DNA of 36,763 bases. Source: Ministeria vibrans ATCC 50519. Lineage: Eukaryota; Protista; Filasterea. The position numbers and the translations under genes are program-made. Below the pieces are notes generated by a model, which was given only the letters and a program-made list of their open reading frames with translations, made no database searches and was not told the origin of the DNA. Shown here piece after piece: positions 32,901-36,763 of the stretch. The stretch is from assembly GCA_943704425.1 (NCBI GenBank), contig CALSCP010000099.1, positions 78,383 to 115,145 on the forward strand, in the 5' to 3' direction. Every line of letters starts with the position of its first letter. Position 1 is the first letter of the stretch.

Positions 32901-33996
32901 AGTCGCACTCGACAATGTCTGTTTCGCAGTGAGCGCCAACAAATCCGTCGAGACAATCGCACGACAAGCGATTCACTCCGTCGGTACAGGTAGCGCCGTT
33001 GGTGCACGGACTCGATGCACACTCGTCGACGTTTGTCTCGCAAAGTTCACCCGTGTAGCCTGGCTGACACGCGCAGCTGAAGAGCGTACTGTTGGCGATG
33101 GCCGCTCTGACAAACGTGGCGTTGAGTCGAAACACTGGCGAGGCGCTCACAAGAAATGGATTGGCTGTGACGGCGCAGGCAAACTCGGACGATTTGGTGA
33201 AGTAGCCGAGGTTTCCACCGGGCACATAGAGGGACCTGACGAGATGGCGGGCGTCGGAGGTGCCGTTGTAGCACAGCTCGACAAGCAAACCGCTGCGACC
33301 GTCGTACGCAAACGACTGCACGTTGAAGGGATGCGTGCGCCAGCCGGTGCCAGACGCGGGGTTGGTGAGCACTGCAACGGTCGTGAACGACGTGTCGATC
33401 GCCGAAACGTTGTATGTGAGTTCTTTGAGCGAGTCGGATACATGAGAGATTTTGATCGTCGTCTCGGTAATGGTGCCGTCAAAATCGACAACGTTGTAGG
33501 CAAGGGAGTGGATGAGGCCACGAGTAATTCCCACGGCGGAGAGAAGCGAGGCTGGGAGCAGAACAAACTGCCTGGGAAAAAATAAATAAATAATTAATAA
33601 CATTCGACCCGAGCGTGGAAAAAAAAAAATAAGGGAACGTTCGACTTGAGACTTTCACTTTTCGTCCGGAACGTACCTCGACGCCGTGAAAATACCGGCT
33701 GCAAATAGGGTTTTGTCTCCCGACTGGTACGGGTCAACCTCAATCAACTGGTGGTGGTGAACGACTGCTTCTGTGCCGCGGAGACAGCGTGCGGAGTTTT
33801 GGCAGGGATGCGACAAGCAAATGTCGAAAAACGTTTCACACGCTGCGCCAGTGTAGCCCGCGTCGCATTCGCACGTCTCAAAGGCGTTGTCACAAAACCC
33901 GTTGATGGTACAGGGACTGCTCTCGCAGAAAGCAAAGACGCGCACCGCAGCAAAACTGAAACTGAAGCAAAGCACCAAAATCGAAACGGATTGCAT
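29930..33996 (-). CDS. Receptor tyrosine-kinase-like protein: signal peptide, EGF, split EGF with inserted domain, about 9 EGF, TM, divergent kinase (3' end unresolved)
   Basis: ATG 33996 MQSVSILVLCFSFSFAAVRVFA; TM 'LIGAVSAGIFIVIVVIVAWIF'KTKR. Kinase exons spliced by eye: 'KIYYG..YVVK', 'ENEIKM', 'LIMPLYRNGSL', 'FACQLLEAVEFMHSLCIVHR|DLALRNVMV', 'LFDYGLS', 'LRILPPE', 'TSTKTDIYALGYLLWGMF', 'NPKRRPSA'. Confidence 0.85.
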
Positions 33997-34582
33997 ATCC
34001 CTGGGCGGAGGCGCTGTCACAGACGCACAGGTTAAGCGCTAGTGCTGGTTACCACCGTGTGCTCCACAGTCTACAATGTTCTTTGATCAAAAGAAAAGAA
34101 AAAAATCCTATTCTTTTTGAGCCAGAATTTAGGTTGTCAATTCTTGTGTTTGTTTCATAACGACAGACAGGTGGTAGTACTAAGTGAGGCTCTGGCACCA
34201 CGAATTAACAGCTCCGTCTGCGGACGTCAGTTGCTTGTCTGTCGAGTGTCGACCAGGAAGAGTGAAGTTAAAGTCCAGCTAAACGTGGGGTCGGGGGAAA
34301 AATAAATCGGACCGGTGATTGACGGCCGCGGGCCGTTGGCTGCAGCAGAGGTGCAGTAGTACTAATGTGCTTGACTCCTGAGTCGTCACTCATGAGTCAG
34401 TCATGACTGCTTGTGTCACATGTGGTGGTATATTGTATAGTTATTATTTTTCGTTGACCTCAAATTTCTTATTAATTAAAGGGAGTCGATTGAGTCGAAA
34501 GTTTTGTCGAAAAAATTAAAAATTAAAAATGGTGCATGATAAGAAAAATCGTCCAATTTCTGTCACGAACACTTTTTCTTGA
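33997..34582. promoter_or_regulatory. Bidirectional promoter region between two EGF genes, with clustered TGACTC/GAGTCA palindromes
   Basis: Head-to-head ATGs at 33996 (-) and 34583 (+); 34372-34424 tgactcctgagtcgtcactcatgagtcagtcatgact...cacatgtg contains a perfect TGAGTCA. Confidence 0.5.
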
Positions 34583-36763
34583 ATGAGTTCCGTTACACCT
34601 TGTGCCACGCATGTGGTGCTTTTGCTAAGCTTTTTGATTAGCCTTTGCAACGGTTTGACGTGCGGAAACGGCGGCACCCTTGTCGGCGCTGCTTGTGTTT
34701 GTCCGCCTGACCTTACGGGCGCTCTGTGCGAAACCCCAGCTGTTTGCGCCTCGCTTCCTTGTACCAATGGAGGAACATGTTCTATGGCGTTCCAAGCGTC
34801 TGTTCCAGTTCTCAAGGCGGACGCAGGCTCATTGGGACCAAATGGCATCACAATTGGCACAACCGTTGTGAACTCGTGGTCGTTTAACCTCACAAGCGCA
34901 ACCGCACAAGTCCTGACCCACCTTGGGACTTACGACGTGTCCGCCGATGGACTGGTAGAGGATAGACCAGTGGGCATCTTCAACAGCGCCGGGCGTCTTC
35001 TCGGCCAGGTTGTCATCACGAGTCAATCGCCAATTGACTCGCAAGTTGACCCGACACTCTTTTTTCGATATGAAAAGCTTGCGAGTGAGGTGGTGCTTCA
35101 ACCTGGCCACACCTACACCATAGCAGCTCTCCATACTCCAGAGTACTTAACGGACTCTGCCACGAGCGACACCCTGTTCACTCTGGAGCGTCCGATTGTC
35201 GTCGTGTCCACTCGAATTTTCTCGTCAAATACATTGGGAATCGATGGGAACGGCCTTAAGCTTGAAAACACGTCTCCGACTATGATACGGTTTGGGCCCA
35301 ACATGAAGTTCAGGGGCCCTCCAGCGCCGTCGCAGTTTGTCTGTGACTGTCCTCCATTCACAACGGGGCCGTTCTGTGAGGTCTCCAACGACGCATGCGC
35401 CTCGTCACCCTGCATGAACGGCGGGTCGTGCGGAGGAGTGTTCGACGGACCAGAGGCAGAAGCGGTGTTGACCAACCAGGCCCAGTTTCTGGCGGCCCAG
35501 TCGAACATTGGCAGCATCGTCTCGTGGACCTTTAACGTCTCGACGGACCTTGCTCTCTCGCACTTGGGCGTTTTCGATCATCAAAGCAATGGCTTTGCAA
35601 CAAGTCATCCAGTTGGGTTTTATGACAGTTCGGGAACGCTATTGGTTGAGGTCCTTGTCACTAGCACGTCGCCTGTGGAACGGGAAGTCTCATCCCCTCT
35701 GTTTTTTCGATACGAAGCGCTGCAAACTCCCATCGACCTCGCCCCTGGTGAGCAATACACCATCGTTGTCCTGTACCCGAGCAACGACCCGGAGGACGAT
35801 GATGCTCTTGCCGTTGTCTACACCATGCATCCAAACTTGAAGCTGGTGAAGAGCTTTTACCAGGCAAGCGATGTTCTTGCGCATCCCAGCACTCTCTCAC
35901 CGTCAGCAACTGCATCGACCACGGAGTATGTGCTGTTCGGAGGGAATATGAAACTTCGCGGGGAGACGCGAGACGAGTACACCTGCAGGTGTCCATCGCA
36001 TTCCAGTGGTGTCAACTGCGAAGTCACAGTGAACGAGTGCGCGTCGAGTCCGTGTCGGAACGGCGCGACCTGTGCAGACCTGGCCAATGGCTTTGTGTGC
36101 ACCTGTGCTGCCGGCTACACCGGTGTGGCGTGCGCCGTGGGTATTGACGAGTGCGTGTCGCAGCCGTGCCAAAACGGCGGGAGTTGTGACCAGGGTGCTC
36201 AGCTCAACTTCTGGCGTTGTGTGTGTCCAAGTGGATGGACTGGGAGCCAGTGCGAGTCGGATGTCAACGAGTGCGACTCGTCGCCGTGCTCGAATGGTGC
36301 AACCTGCACTAGCAATGTGAATGGCTATACATGCATGTGTGCAAAGGGGTATAACGGTTCCAAGTGTGACACGAATGTGAACGAGTGCTTGTCGAGTCCG
36401 TGTTTAAATCATGCCTCGTGCAACGATGGGATTGACAGCTATGTGTGTGAATGCGCAGCTGGATTTGCTGGTGCGACGTGTGAGTCGGATGTGGACGAGT
36501 GTCTTTCATCTCCCTGTTTGAACGGTGGATCGTGCACCAACCTTGAAGGGGCCTTTTCTTGCGGCTGCCCAAGCGGCTTCTTCGGCGTACTTTGCAATGT
36601 GGAAACTGACGAATGCGCTTCAAGTCCTTGCTCCAATAATGCGGCGTGTACGGACGTCGTTGATGGTTTTAGCTGTCAATGCGATTCTGGGTTTACCGGT
36701 GCGTTGTGTGAGTCGGACATGAACGAGTGTGCGTCGTCGCCGTGCATCAACGGCGGCACATGC
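34583..36763 (+). CDS. Secreted/surface EGF-repeat protein with two DUF4082-like domains inserted into EGF modules (3' partial)
   Basis: Uninterrupted 727-codon frame from ATG 34583 to the window end (absent from the ORF track because it has no stop). MSSVTPCATHVVLLLSFLISLCNG signal-like; EGF; two split EGFs; then at least 6 canonical Ca-EGF repeats. Confidence 0.9.
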   Translation, partial: MSSVTPCATHVVLLLSFLISLCNGLTCGNGGTLVGAACVCPPDLTGALCETPAVCASLPCTNGGTCSMAFQASVPVLKADAGSLGPNGITIGTTVVNSWSFNLTSATAQVLTHLGTYDVSADGLVEDRPVGIFNSAGRLLGQVVITSQSPIDSQVDPTLFFRYEKLASEVVLQPGHTYTIAALHTPEYLTDSATSDTLFTLERPIVVVSTRIFSSNTLGIDGNGLKLENTSPTMIRFGPNMKFRGPPAPSQFVCDCPPFTTGPFCEVSNDACASSPCMNGGSCGGVFDGPEAEAVLTNQAQFLAAQSNIGSIVSWTFNVSTDLALSHLGVFDHQSNGFATSHPVGFYDSSGTLLVEVLVTSTSPVEREVSSPLFFRYEALQTPIDLAPGEQYTIVVLYPSNDPEDDDALAVVYTMHPNLKLVKSFYQASDVLAHPSTLSPSATASTTEYVLFGGNMKLRGETRDEYTCRCPSHSSGVNCEVTVNECASSPCRNGATCADLANGFVCTCAAGYTGVACAVGIDECVSQPCQNGGSCDQGAQLNFWRCVCPSGWTGSQCESDVNECDSSPCSNGATCTSNVNGYTCMCAKGYNGSKCDTNVNECLSSPCLNHASCNDGIDSYVCECAAGFAGATCESDVDECLSSPCLNGGSCTNLEGAFSCGCPSGFFGVLCNVETDECASSPCSNNAACTDVVDGFSCQCDSGFTGALCESDMNECASSPCINGGTC

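Noticed and set aside
34781-35977. Bacterial contamination as the source of the bacterial-like domains
   Set aside because: The domains are in frame inside eukaryotic EGF modules, and the one in the kinase gene contains a spliceosomal intron.

Overview
Eukaryotic, gene-dense and intron-rich window; the ORF track fragments most genes. A receptor tyrosine-kinase-like gene and Notch-type EGF arrays suggest a unicellular holozoan or similar opisthokont protist (inference only). The left half (1-15.2 kb) is a tightly packed housekeeping block: an AVT/SLC38-type amino acid transporter (-), DIMT1 (+), meiotic MSH4 (-), COP9 subunit 6 (-), an aquaporin (-) and a ZIP metal transporter (+). The right half is a cluster of EGF-repeat surface proteins: (i) a giant type I membrane protein with Cys-rich CxxC repeats, about 50 calcium-binding EGF repeats, a 1368-bp internal duplication and a PDZ-type C-terminus; (ii) an EGF receptor with a divergent tyrosine-kinase-like domain; (iii) head-to-head with it, a secreted or surface EGF protein that runs off the window and is missing from the ORF track. 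The most striking observation is that in genes (ii) and (iii), globular domains of about 180-200 aa are inserted inside an EGF module, between Cys3 and Cys4. There are three such insertions of two unrelated types, both resembling bacterial surface-protein domains (DUF4082-like twice; Bacteroidetes T9SS-cargo-like once). A roughly 50-bp dispersed element ending in AATAAATGGGTTGTATT(CTT)n recurs about 9-10 times in AT-rich introns and intergenic DNA. Gene models were spliced by eye and family assignments come from motif recognition, not database searches.
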